Assembly (NCBI GenBank): GCA_020891255.1
Contig: BQFW01000009.1
Location: forward strand, 1,116,001 to 1,180,000
DNA length: 64,000 bases
Source of the DNA: Entomortierella parvispora E1425
Lineage: Eukaryota > Fungi > Mortierellomycota
Reading direction: 5' to 3'
Part shown: in pieces, positions 1 through 16,913 of the stretch
Position numbering within the stretch: position 1 is the first letter of the stretch
Layout of the letters: each line of letters begins with the position of its first letter
Position numbers and translations under genes: made by a program
Notes under the pieces: model-generated
What the model was told of the DNA's origin: nothing
The model's input: only the letters and a program-made list of their open reading frames with translations
The model's database searches: none

Positions 1-2120
1 TCCCTTCTTGCATCCCTGCATGATGAACTTTTCAATGGTGGCAGAGTCGTAGTTGAAGGGGGGAGCGAACGAAGCCAGCTTGATGACAAAGTCCAACTTG
101 ACGGTGGTGTAGACCTGGGACAATTGCTGGAAGAGACGAGTCAAGATAACAGAGTGAAGGGGCTTGACATACTTGACAAGCTCGGGATCCTCGGCCAACT
201 TGTTCATGATGGGCTCGATCTTCTTGCAGATGGAAAGAGGGTGGAACTGAACCTCCAAAATGTTGTACAACTCGCGGAGCTCGGGGCGAACGTGCTTGAG
301 AATGTTCTTGCTGAGGGCCTCCTTCAAAAGACCAGCACGGTTAGGAGAGCGGCTGAGACCCAAGAGGGCAGCGAGACGGTGCGACTTGTTCTTGGACTCG
401 TCAACCTCGTAACCGTTGTCTCTGGAAGAGATGACGGGGATGGCCAAAGCGGACAAGAGGGCCAAGGAGGCCATGCGGGTCTGCTCCTCATCAGTGACAG
501 ACTTGTTCTGTGTCTTGACGAGGGTGTAGTACTTGTTCCAGGCAGCGGCGTGGAAGAGGTAGTTGTCGCTGACCATGAAGATCTTGGTCAACTTCTCGTA
601 GTAGTTGGCCATCATGAATGGCTTGGGCATCTTCTTGGACATGGTCATCAAATTGTGAATATCCTCGACAGAGCGGAAAGCCTCCTGCCAGAGCTCGAGC
701 TCAGCAGCACCGTTGAGCTGCTGGAAGCGGGTGTCCAAGTGGCGCTGGAGCGACTCGGGCTCGTTGAGGTTGATCGAGTGGGGCTGGTGGGCGTACTTGG
801 CAATGTTCTGGAGATGGTTGCGGAGGAGATCGCAGAGGCGACGGAACTCGGTCTTGCGAGTGTACTTCAAGCAGAATTGGAAAGCCTGGTGGGCAGTGGT
901 CTGGTAAAGAGCCTCAAGACGGGCATTGTTGCGGAGGATGTCGAGAACGGTCCTGTAGGCCTCCCAGAGGAACTTGAGCCAAGGGGTGACGACGGCACGG
1001 TCGGTGCGGTCCTTGTTCTGCTCGCCAGAGACGGTGCTGAGCAAGATGGACTCGGGGGTCTCGGTGGCCTCGAGATCATCGAGTCCGTCCAAGGTGATCT
1101 GGTCAGCCTTGGCCTGGGCCTCCTGAACCTTCTCCTCCGAAAGCTGGATGAACTTGCGGATGACCAACTACGCGTGCGATAATAGAAAGGATACAGACAA
1201 GATGGTTAGCGATTTTGTTATTGTTTTGATTGCGTGCCTAGATCAGACCAGCTTTCAAGATACGCCTTCATACCTCGATGGTGGCGATGCTGGTGTTCTG
1301 GGAAATGTTCTTGTACTGGTGGAGACCCTCCTTGGCAATCTTTCCCTTGCGAAGGGACACGCACAGCTCGACAAACTTGAGCATGATGGGCTCCAACGAG
1401 GCCAAGGGGACACTGCGAGAACGCTTGGAAATGATCACATCGTGGAGTGCCTCCAGGGCAGCGGCGTGCTGACCGACGGCGATAAGCTCTATTGACACAT
1501 CAAGGTGAGAGACGGAGGTGTGAGAAGGGCTATTCGTCACTGCTGGGACTGACGACACGGAGAACGCAGGGGGGAAAGGAAGCGTGTGGTGTTCGTTGGA
1601 AGGGGATGGATCCATTTCATCTTTTTTTTTGGCTGGCGCATCGAAATTCAAGATTTGGGCCAGCCAGAAAATGTCTGTGCCCCTCGCCCGCCAAAGCATC
1701 CACGATTTGAGTGCTCAAAAGGGTGCCTGTGGACGGGGGAAAAAACGGGCATGGTGCCTGGACGATGATGTATCCGGATGGTGGGATCTCAAGAGGAGAG
1801 AGGATCGATGGATAGACAGATGGATCGATGGATCGACAAAGAGGGTGGATGGGCGATGGATTATTTTTGGGCGGAGAGAGGTGTTTGAGGTGGTGTAGCT
1901 CGAGGGCACAGGGCATTTGGGCGGTGATTTTTTTAGGGTTGGACTGGGTTGATCTGGAGATTAAGTGATGGATCAGTGACGAGGGAGGGGAAGCAAGTGA
2001 TCGCTGCGATGCGGTGTGGTGCAAGAAGACACGCTGCGTCATGATGATGAACGAGGAGGGGATGAAGGCAATACCATCGGCTCTGCGAAGCACGGATTCG
2101 GGCTTTGCGAAGGGGGCCAT
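1..2120 (-). CDS. TIF32: Translation initiation factor eIF3 subunit A (3' end runs off window start)
   Basis: Spliced minus-strand frame: exon1 2120-2075 ([15 protein letters not shown]), 586-nt intron 2074-1489, exon2 1488-1274 ([25 protein letters not shown]...[20 protein letters not shown]), exon3 from 1167 ([20 protein letters not shown]...[15 protein letters not shown]), open to position 1. Motifs are typical of the eIF3a N-terminus. Confidence 0.95.
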
Positions 2121-2390
2121 GCTGATGATGGACGAGGGAGGGGCGGAGATTGGGGTAAAGAAGAAGAGAGCAGACGGGGCGAGAGACGGCACATAAACAA
2201 AAATTGATTTCGTGCGACTGCCGTGGGACGACGACTGACGACGACGACAGCCACCGAACGGTGCTTTGCTGGTGTGTGTCTGTGTCTGTATCTGTGTCCG
2301 TGTCCGTGCTGGCGTCGCCCTTCCTGTCTTCCCCCACCGCGTTCCTCTTGCACATCCATCCCCGCGTGCATCTCCCTTTAATCTCTCACA

Positions 2391-4203
2391 ATGTCATTCC
2401 CTCCACCCCCTCCCTCTGGTGCGCCAAACGTCAATGCGGCCAACCCTCTGCGCCCCTACTATGGCTCGCCACTGGATGCATCCCCCCTCCAGTCCTACTA
2501 CCAGAACACCCTCTCGACCTCCGCTCTTGAGGAGGAACTCGCAGTCCAGCAAGAGATCAGCTCCCAAGAGGCCACTCGGGAATTGCTTTCCTATGGTGCG
2601 GTGAAATTCCTCACCCTCGCACTTGCTGCTCCCTTTGAGGCTGGCCAGACCCTACTCCAAGTCCAGTACCTGCCCAACGACGAGGACACCAACGACCGCG
2701 ACGAGGACACGTACACCTCGGCTGCTGAACAGGTAGGTGTGCATGGAGAAGAGCCAAATGCACAATGCCGCCATGCCATTTTATCAGTGCAGACTGTCAG
2801 AGTCAATCGCTAATTTCGCTAATTCTGCTATGAAATCTCTTTGCATTAGGAGCAACGCGACGAAGAATTTAGACGCGCACAGGAGGAGGCACAGGAAGAG
2901 GAAGAGTACTATGCCGAAGACACGGGATCGGGAGGCTACTACTCCAGCCACTCCAGAAGCAGTCGTGGCGCTGACGACTTTCCTATGCCCAGATCCAACG
3001 CCAACAGACTTGACCCTACCTCGGCTGTCTTTCACGAGCGCAAGGACTTTGATCAGTCTGGCTACTTGATCCGCACGAACGTTTACGATGACGAATCCCG
3101 CCCTGCCTTCCAAATGGCACCACTCGAGGGTGGAGTGTGGAAGGTTGTGACTGAACTTGCCAAGCATCCAACGGAAGGCTGGACCTCCCTTTGGAAAGGT
3201 ACCTACCCTATGAATATTGAATCATGCAGAACCAGGAAACGCAGTTCTGAAATATCTGGGTGGGCTATTTACACTCTGTCAATCTTGTTTTTAGGCCAAT
3301 ATGCAAACTGGGTATATGAAATGCTCCACCTCTTTGCCCAGCCAACGCTTGAGGCTACATTGAACGACACATTCGATCTGGAAGATGATACGATTCCTCT
3401 GGTTCATCTGGATCGTGTTGCACCTAATATTGCTACCATGGTGACCAGTCATCTGGTTGTAGGCTTTCTCCTTTCTCCTCTGGAGCTGGTTCGCACTCGG
3501 TATGTGAAGTGGTGACATCTATTTCGTGTTCTCGATGGGTATTCACTGACAAAGAACATATTTTCATTTTTAATATTACCTTAGTCTTGTTGTTCAAACA
3601 GCCAGCCCTGGCCAGAGAAAGTACTCAGGAATGCTTAATTGTTTTTCGACAATTATTTCAGAAGAAGGATTCACCGCTCTGTGGGGAGGCGTCAATTTGT
3701 TCCCAACACTTGTCTACCATACCTTGACGCCACTACTTTCCAACTGCCTCCCGTTGATTATTGATCGCGTTTTCAACATCTCGGCATCAGAGTCACCCCT
3801 CCTATACTCGTTTGCAGAGTTGACATTGGATACACTGGACCTGTTGATCCGATTGCCCATTGAGACCGTCCGGAAACGTCTCCAGATTCAGATCCAGGCC
3901 AAGATCCCAGGAAAGCGGTTCGAGACAGTGGTGGAGACGAGAAAGCGCCCTTATGTTGGAATGGTGGACTGTGTTTACCGGATCATCCAGGAAGAAGGTG
4001 GCCCTCATAGACGACTCTCGAGATCCAAAAAGTCAGATGACGACCATGATAGTGACTCAAGGAGGATGGCTCCAAGACCATGGTACGCTGCTTTGGGTGT
4101 TCGTGGACTTTACACTGGTTTGGGAATGCACCTTGCCTCCAACCTCGCCCTCTTTGCTGTGGGTGCAGTGACCAGCCTTCAGGATGACGGTGATGACTGG
4201 TAG
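2391..4203 (+). CDS. UGO1: Ugo1-like mitochondrial outer-membrane fusion protein (degenerate SLC25 carrier fold)
   Basis: Exons joined by GT-AG introns with donors near 2732, 3199 and 3500. Contains N-terminal NPLRPYY and carrier-signature-like segments APFEAGQTLLQVQY, SPLELVRTRLVVQ and LPIETVRKRLQIQ. Stop TAG at 4201-4203. Confidence 0.8.
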
Positions 4204-4346
4204 ATGGCTCTACTTTTGGACTTTAGTTGCCAGACTCATTTAGATATTAAAGACGATCAAAGACGTACGACATCATCACGGTTATTACTTGATTCGGGAG
4301 GGTATTGTTTTTATTTTCAGTTTCACAAGATCATCAAGAAGGCCTC

Positions 4347-5432
4347 TCAGGTAGAAGTCCGTGAGTGGTTGAACTTTGGCAATGTTTGCATTAAATACTC
4401 CAAGTGCCTCATGTGCACAGACATTTGGTTCTAGCAAGAGTCAGGGAAGAAAAGGTCATCACTCCGGCAGCAATAACAAAGCAATCAAGAGAGAAAATCA
4501 ATTGTCCAAGACGACTTACAGCCTTGTTTCCAGAATAGATCCGACGGTCGTTCTTGTCGCCATAGATCACTGTCCTGTCGGGGAGAATCTCGTTTTCATG
4601 TGTTGAGCATACAGTTCCAATCACGCATTCATCTCCAAGCCAGGTGCCAGTTTTGACGTGTGCTAGTAGAAGCATGAAAGAAAACAACATATCAGTTGGC
4701 ATCGGATCCCTTGAGCACGATGAATACACAGCACGATCTCTAGATAAATAATCACGTACCTTTGACTTCGAGTGTGTTACGATTGCCGATTTTCATGCCC
4801 TCCATAACTGTTGTGGGTTGGTCAACAAGCATGGCTCTGTTAGTAAGAATACGGAAAGAGGGACCTCCGATTATTTCAATTAGCCATTCACTAACCACTC
4901 CCAACTTCGAAAACGTTATGATCTCCAATAATGAGCGGCTCTGGACCACTATTGACAAAAAGAGCAACATTCACGATATTAGAAAGGGACGGATTTGCAT
5001 TACCCCCCCAAGTACAACTCATTCAGCGCTTAAACTTGCCGATTAATGATGACAACGTGCTCCTCCACAATGTTCCCGCTTCCAAACATAATCGGTCCGC
5101 CTGTGGCCCAGACTCTGCATTGAGGGTGAAGCACGGTCCCTGATGATAAAAGATTGTGTCAGCATACTGAATTGGTTCTTCATGGGGATTTATGGTCGTA
5201 TTGTTGTTCGTGATGTCCTTTGCCCTTGTATTCTCTTACCGGCACCTATTAACAAAAAAACAGAGCTACATTATTAAACACAGGAACAATTGTTTTGCAC
5301 TTTGCACTTGACCAACAATCTCGTACAGAGTGACTTACCGACGATAATTTCGCCCCTGAGGTCATTGTCCTGGCAGACCAATGCGCGTGTGCTGATAGTG
5401 AGTTTCGGCCTGTAGGTGGTCGAGATGGGCAT
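4347..5432 (-). CDS. DCTN6: Dynactin subunit 6 (p27), left-handed beta-helix
   Basis: Reconstructed multi-exon frame: ALVCQDNDLRGEIIVG-A-GTVLHPQCRVWATGGPIMFGSGNIVEEHVVIINR-GPEPLIIGDHNVFEVGS-VMEGMKIGNRNTLEVK-AHVKTGTWLGDECVIG...TVIYG...HMRHLEYLMQTLPKFNH. Includes a 6-nt exon (5240-5245) and a GC-AG intron (donor 5039). A possible in-frame upstream start lies at 5549 via another intron. Confidence 0.9.
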
Positions 5433-5932
5433 TATTAATGTGGAAGATACAGCGCAGCTGGTTGCAAATGTGTCCCGTCTACATTTCACGGTATGCCCGT
5501 AATATCATGCATGCATGTGTCTGCATTGCTTGCTTTACCGAGACATCATCTTGTTGGATGGTATGATAGAAAGTACGAAGGTTATAAGGAAGAAAAGATG
5601 CGCCCTGGTCCGAGTCGAATGTACAGTCCTGCTTCCCGATGAGGATGGTGGTTGTGGTGCTAAGATTGAAGAAAAGACAGAAAAGACAGAAAAAAAGAGA
5701 CGCATGTGATGCATGTGCCCAACCCGCTCCACGTCGCTCACTCAGCAGCACCACCAGGCAGGCGCGTGCCTGTCCTTCGAGCAAGGTGTCACACACGCAG
5801 AGAACAAAGAACAGAAGAGACACACAGCCAATCCAATCACTCAGATCAACAACCAAGCCACCGAAGCCTCCACTCTTTTTCTTTTTTTTTCTTTTTTTTT
5901 TCCCTTCACCCATTCATCCTTTCCCTCTTCAC

Positions 5933-8057
5933 ATGTTCCTGTTGCTGTCATCTCTGCCCCATCCCATCAGAGCCACAGCCAAATCCTTGATTCCTTCCTT
6001 CTCTTCAGTCTCTCTCTCTTCTGTTACTGCTTTTTCGCCAGCCTCTTTTTCCCGAGCTCTTTCTTCGACTGCTCCTGCAAGTGCTTCCATCGTTCGCTCT
6101 CTAGCTGCGGCCATTTCTCCTGAATCAGACCCTGCTTCGCCCCCACCGTCACCACCCACCCCAGTCTATCCTCCATCGTCCTTTGCTGTCAAGTTTGCGC
6201 CTTATTTCACTGAGCCTGCGCCACTGACCAACGACCGTATTCTAAACCTTGTCAAGTTCCCTCATATCCACCACTACATCGACCCTATGACCAACAAAGC
6301 CAAGGAACAGGCCGAGGAGCGCATGGTCGCCCTCGCTGCCCAATGCCGTGCGCAACATTCTTTCCCTCCAAAGCTAGAAGGCTGGGAGTTCTACAAGTCC
6401 ATCAACTCACCAAAATACATTGTCGCCCCCATGGTCGACCAATCGGAATTGGCCTGGAGAATCCTCAGTCGCAAGTATAATGCCGACCTGTGCTACACCC
6501 CCATGTTTAACGCCAAGCTGTTTGCAAAGGAGGAAAAGTACAGGGAGGAGCACTGGGCCGGACTCCAAAAGGGACTCGGCGGCGGTGGACCCAACGACAG
6601 ACCCTTGATTGCTCAGGTAAAAACAAGGCGGGTCAGGCTCACAGGCGATTGGAGCGGGCAAGTCGAGAGTTTATCCTAATTTTTTTTTTTTTTTTTTACA
6701 GTTTTGTGCCAATGATCCCGAATACCTTCTTCAAGCTGCTTTGATGGTGGCACCTTACTGCGACGCTGTCGATATCAACCTTGGATGCCCTCAGCATATT
6801 GCCAGAAGGGGACACTATGGCTCGTTCTTAATGGAGGACTGGCCCCTGATCTCATCACTGATCTCGACCCTTCATAAGCACCTCCCTATCCCCGTTACGG
6901 CCAAGATCAGAGTTTTCCCCGAGGCTGAAAAGACCGTGGCGTACGCAAAGATGGTCGTCGAGTCTGGAGCTCAGGTCTTGGTGGTTCATGGACGTCTTAG
7001 AGAGATGAAGGGACACTTGACTGGCGTGGCTGACTGGGAAAAGATTCGACTTGTTCAGGAGGCCGTTGGACATTTGGTCCCTGTGATCGCCAACGGCAAT
7101 ATTTTGTACAACGAGGATGTTTCCCGATGCTTGGAGAAGACTGGATGTGCCGGCGTCATGTCCGCTGAAGGAAACCTCTACAACCCCGCCATTTTCACGC
7201 CCGAGCACCCAGAGTCATGGAAGTTGGCAGAGGAATACATGACCATCTGTGATGAACTTGATACCAAGATCGCCTATACCCGTGGACATCTGTTCAAGAT
7301 TTTCCGACCTAGTTTGAGCATTCACACGGATTTGCGATCTGAACTTGGTTTGGCCAACTCTCGAGAGGAGATGTGGGCTGTGACCCGCAAGTTGAAGGAG
7401 AGACTGATCGAGGACGCAGAGACTTACCGTCAGTCTGGTGCCAGCATGGAGGGAGAGGTGGATGACCAAGGATTCCCCAAGTTGCCTCACTGGCTTGCCC
7501 AGCCTTACTTCCGCCAGCCCATGCCCGATCAATCTCAGCAGCAGAACAAGGAAAAGAAGGAGAAGGAATCTGTAGATGCTGAGACCAAGGAAGATGAAAG
7601 TGGAGACGCTGTTCGACCACCTCTCACAACGAAGCGCACCGCGGATGATGCGGCGCACAGGGAAGACGATGATGCGTCAGCAGATGTGGCCTCATTGAAG
7701 GATTCAATCAAAGCCAAGAAGATCAAGAACAAGAAGGCCAGGATCCAGGCCACGCTTTGCCGTGGAGGAACCTGTAATAACAGCTTTTCGGCCAAATGTG
7801 TTCACCAGCGATGCAAGGGCTGCTGTCGCCTTCTTCAGAGGGAGCAAAACCTGTCGGACTGTGCGACCCACGTCATCCGATCCTTGTTCAATGAGCAACA
7901 GGGCCTTCCCCGTGTGGACTCTGAGGAGGCCATTGGCGCCGTGGCGCTGGAAGGTATGGTCAATGATTCTCCTCCCCAAGAAGAAGATAGCGAGTACCTA
8001 ACAGAGCAACGGAAAAAAGCCGAAGCAGCGGTTGCAGACCGTTGCGCCATCCTCTAA
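5933..8057 (+). CDS. DUS1: tRNA-dihydrouridine(16/17) synthase Dus1
   Basis: Motifs [30 protein letters not shown] (across intron 6617-6701), [18 protein letters not shown] and IANGNI, plus a C-terminal Cys-rich motif as in DUS1L. A second in-frame ATG is at 6287. Confidence 0.95.
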
Positions 8058-8315
8058 CTTGATCGCATAACACACATAGAATAAACTTGCATATAGAAAA
8101 CGAATTGAAAATGGGAGGGTAGTGATGACTCGGACCATGCTAAAGGAATGCGAAGATACCAATCGACGTAAAACGCTCTTACGAAGAAGGTTGTAGGAAG
8201 GGGAGACTCTCGAAATGAATTTCCTCCGTTGACAATTACGCGTGTTCGACACGGACTTTTAGCAATGTTCCGCATTCAGCACAAATTGAACAAACATCTG
8301 ATTTTATTCTCCTGA

Positions 8316-9775
8316 TCATGTAGATGTTGGATTTGTCTCTGTGGCTTTCAACTTCTTTTGAGCTTCTTCTGATCCAGCCTTTGAGTCCTTCTTGCGCTTC
8401 TTGTTTCCCATTTTCCACTGCTCATTTTCGGCAAGAGAAGCAACTGGTTCGACAGAGACAACTGCGCGAATAGTGTTGCGACGAGTTTCTATAACAATTG
8501 AAAAAGAAAGAAAAAAATGTAGAAGGGAGATCAGCATCTCTTTTCTTTCCCATTAGACGTCAACGGATGTGTCCTCTGTTTGATCTGCTTACCAGCGTGG
8601 ATGGCGACAGAGCGGCAATGCGAAGAGATGCAATCCTTTGCGACAGCCTGATTCAAACCAAGCAGCGTTCCACTATAATACATTTGACAAGAACAGCTAC
8701 GAGCGTTAGAATAGACAACACCAAGAAGCAGAGCCAAAAGGGAGGGGATATACTTACAAATTGACAATATCGTAAGGTCCACGCAATTCCATCGCCCGCA
8801 TAGCCTGAGAAGTAAGAATGATATTCTTGCCTCTTGTCGCACGAATCAAACTTGCTGCGTTACTGATGAGATTCCTCCTTGCCGTCGCATCTAACGATAC
8901 AAAAAACCAAAACTTAGAACATAGCCACGACGTGATACTCCATGGAATCAACAGGGTTGGATGCAGCGCCTTACCTCTGATAGCAGCCCCATAACAAAGC
9001 TCAAAGTAAATTCCACGTTCAACAGCCAAGCCCACAGTGGGAAGCTTGAGGTTGAAGGGTAGTCTGGCAGACAAGTCTAAAGAGATAATATCCACTTCAA
9101 AAGTTCCGCATGCTGCTTGAAAAGTCTTTTCGTTTGTGGGTTGAACAGCCAGAATGTCGTAACTTGAAACAACAGGGTTGTTTGTGTTCTACATGTTGAA
9201 TCCCAGAGAAGCAAAAAAGGCAAATGTAGAATGTTTGCGTTCAGTCAATAATGTTCCGTTTTGTTGTGTGGTTGATGGCGCCGGATTCAACATTCCCCTG
9301 GACATTTTTCTCCTTACGAATCCATAGTTCTGGCTAACATCATCGACTACGAGGGTCAGTCGTGAATACTGCTTCAAGCTGAGTCCTGGGAGATCAAGCT
9401 TTTTGATAGGATTCACCTATGATCAGTTCAAGCAAAAAAAAAGAAAGAAAAAAAAAATGAACTCGAAAGTAAGCAAATTACTGCCAATTGCAAAACGCCT
9501 GATCTTCTGCCAAGAGAAAACAACGGCATATTTTACTTGGTTCTGGTTGATCTTTCCTGTGAGCTCATGGTTGTACGCGACAGCTTGGTATCCCACTAAA
9601 TAAGGAGCAATGGTCGTTAATTGAAAGTGGCGCGAACATCTCTTTGTTCTCCTCTAACGTTTGACCACATACAGTGGACGAGCAGTTCAACTCTTTTCCG
9701 GGTCTCGAGTTGTTCCTGTGATGCCTGGACAGTTCCGGTAGCGCCGGTGACTGGAATGTTGAGATCGTAAAACAT
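8316..9775 (-). CDS. RPP1: RNase P/MRP subunit p30
   Basis: Starts MFYDLNIP. Spliced exons give LGYQAVAYN, QYSRLTLVVDD, YDILAVQPTNEKTFQAACGTFEVDIISLD, AVERGIYFELCYGAAIR, NIILTSQA...LRGPYDIVNLGTLLGL. All introns are canonical GT-AG. Confidence 0.93.
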
Positions 9776-10222
9776 GTCGATCGTACTGTGATTAAGTTGT
9801 ATGCGATTGAGTTGATGATAAATGTCCTGATCGCGTCCTAAAGAGTGATTCCGGCCTTCTGCTAGAGTGGTATAGTTGAGGATGGCGGGCTCTGGCTGAC
9901 AGTCTGTGCAATATGGTGAGTCCTGTTGTTCCTTGGAATGGAAGCGTTGTGGGTCGGGTTGTGGGTATGAGCAAGCAAGCAGGCAGACAGACAGACAAAA
10001 GAAAAAAGTCCATGCGAAAGTGCATCGCAAAAAAGAAAAAAGGTTGTGTTTGCACAGTGACTGTTCCTTCTCTGTCTCCCCTTTCTCCTCCAAGCGAATC
10101 TGCTGCGACCGAGAAAGAGTGATGAGCCCGAGCGTGTGTCTCCTTTGACGTCAAGTCATCCATCCATCCATCCATCCACCCCTCCACTTCATCCTTGGAT
10201 CGCACTTCTTCATCCTTTCCCT

Positions 10223-10229
10223 TATAAAA
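10223..10229 (+). promoter_or_regulatory. TATA-like element upstream of TBCD
   Basis: TATAAAA about 200 nt upstream of the ATG, followed by a CT-rich leader. Confidence 0.45.
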
Positions 10230-10419
10230 GCCGCCCTTCTATTCTTCTCCCCTTCTTTCTCCCCTTCTCCTCTCTCAGCTATACCCTCGCTGCCTAAACT
10301 GAGCCTCTCTTCACTTCGTCTTCTCTCCCAGGCACAACTCCATTGGCCTCATCGCTCACGCCACCAAAACTGATTCCTCCCTTGGGCTTAACACACAACA
10401 AGCGCCTCTCATTGCCCAT

Positions 10420-15092
<4,673 letters not shown>

Positions 15093-16428
15093 TAATGACA
15101 CAGATGGTTCTCCTTTGTATGCCGCCCCCCTAGGTGGTGTTTGCCACATTTGAACACTGTTTATGTCAACTGAAAAGAAATAAAGGCAAACTTGATACCC
15201 TATCTTGATACACTTGGCTCCCGACTCTGAAGCGTGAGCCATGAACTGAACAATGACATAGACAGTGTTTGAGGCGAGGGATCATGCGATGATGATGCCA
15301 CGACGCTGGTCCGGCCGACCGTTGGGATCCAAACTCAGGCACGAAGCAGGGTCTGAACGGTTAAACGGCGCCGCCAAACGGGGTCAAGGGATGAAGAGTC
15401 AGTTATATTACAAGGCGGATCATTGTACAAGGATGTTGGTGAATGGATCGATCTATTCCTCCAAAGGAAACAAACGGGACTAGGGGTAGAGCAAGACGGA
15501 TTGAGAGTGGAGAGGTGAGCGTGCGTGTGGTCAGTTTAGTTCACAGTATGAATTCGCAGAAAAGGATCAAGATCATGGAAAGCAAAGAAAAAAGACCTCC
15601 ATTCGGTTATTAATACCGCCTTTTCTTTTCTTTTCTTTTTTTTTTTCCAAAGAACCATGGATGGAGGCTCTAGCTAGATGATCCCCGGCTCCTTTTGGCC
15701 ATAATGTCTCACCATGTGGAAACGAGGGACCCTTTAGCCCGACTGGGAGGGGGGAGAAGGGAGAATGGAAAGAAAGAGTAGCCTAGATGGGAGGAGAGAT
15801 GGAAGGGAAGGGGGCCAAGAAGGCGAAGCTACCACGTTTCCTGTTCGTAAAAGAAAGAAAGGCAACCAAGGCGAAGACGAGTGGGTGTGTTTGGTTGTTT
15901 TGATCTTGATCTTGATCCCGACCACCATTCCATGCCTGTCTCCATCGCACACGATCTCGAGACCCCTCCTCCTATCGCGCTCCCCTTGTCTCCTTTTTTT
16001 AGTGATCCCCGTCCAGTGGACACATCCCCTGTTTTTTTTTTTGGGGGGGGGGGGGGCAGGAATGACCCGTCCGGCAGCCAAGATGGATGCTGATGCGCCT
16101 ACTCGCGCGAGGAGCGTGCATCAAGTGGGTGTGTTTCCATGGCGATATCCAGATCAAGGACAAGAGACAAGAACAAAAATCAGAGGGTCAGACAGGGTGA
16201 CATGGTTGACAGGGTGACAGTGGGCTGTGGATTATGGAAGAGACAAGATGAGGATGGGTGACAGGAACAAGGGAGAAGGCGTTCTGGACGCGCTAGTCGC
16301 GATGGACTAGGACGTCGAAAGAGTCGACAGAGTTCTTGGGAAAGGGCCACGACTTTGGACATGACAGGACAGGACAGGGGGGGCGGTGCATGGTCTGACA
16401 GACCTGCCAGACACAGACACAGACAAAG

Positions 16429-16509
16429 GGAAGGAAGGAAGGAAGGAAGGAAGGACGGGGTGGATGGGCAGGAATGATCGGTTGTAGCCTTGCTTCTGCG
16501 CTTTTGTTT

Positions 16510-16542
<33 letters not shown>
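16429..16542. repeat. Microsatellite cluster (GGAA)n and (TG)n
   Basis: About 6 GGAA units at 16429-16454 and about 15 TG units at 16512-16542, directly upstream of the Grr1-like gene. Confidence 0.95.
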
Positions 16543-16544
<2 letters not shown>

Positions 16545-16602
16545 CTCTCTGGTCAAGGCATGCCATGCCATGCCATGCCTTGTGTCCTTGTGCGTGTGTG
16601 TG

Positions 16603-16609
16603 TATAAAA
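16603..16609 (+). promoter_or_regulatory. TATA-like element upstream of Grr1-like gene
   Basis: TATAAAA followed by a long CT-rich tract up to the ATG at 16914. Confidence 0.45.
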
Positions 16610-16913
16610 GGAAGGCCAATGCCGCGCCCATGCGCACGGCACTCTTTTTTTCTTTTCTTTCTTCCTCTCCTTCTCTCCTTCTGTCCCTCTCTCCTTCTTG
16701 GACAGCGCTTTGTTCCTCTTGTCCACTCACCCCTCTCTTCTCTTTGTCCTTCCTCCTCCTTCACCCTTCAATCCCCTTCATCCCACTCTCTCTCTCCCTC
16801 TCCCTCTCTCTCTTCCCGTCACTCTTCTTCCTTCTCCCTTCTCTCTTCTCTCTCCCATTTGTTCATTCTCCCATTCACCTTTCTTTTTCCCCTTTCGCGG
16901 CCTGTCTGCCCCC

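Noticed and set aside
124-1182. 352-aa plus-strand ORF
   Set aside because: Antisense shadow of eIF3a exon 3. Biased codon usage of the real gene leaves the opposite frame stop-free, and no protein motif is recognisable.
15289-15356. C box (ATGATGA) ... D box (CTGA) pair suggesting a C/D snoRNA
   Set aside because: No convincing terminal stem or C'/D' boxes, and I could not recognise an rRNA or snRNA complement. It is not inside a known intron.
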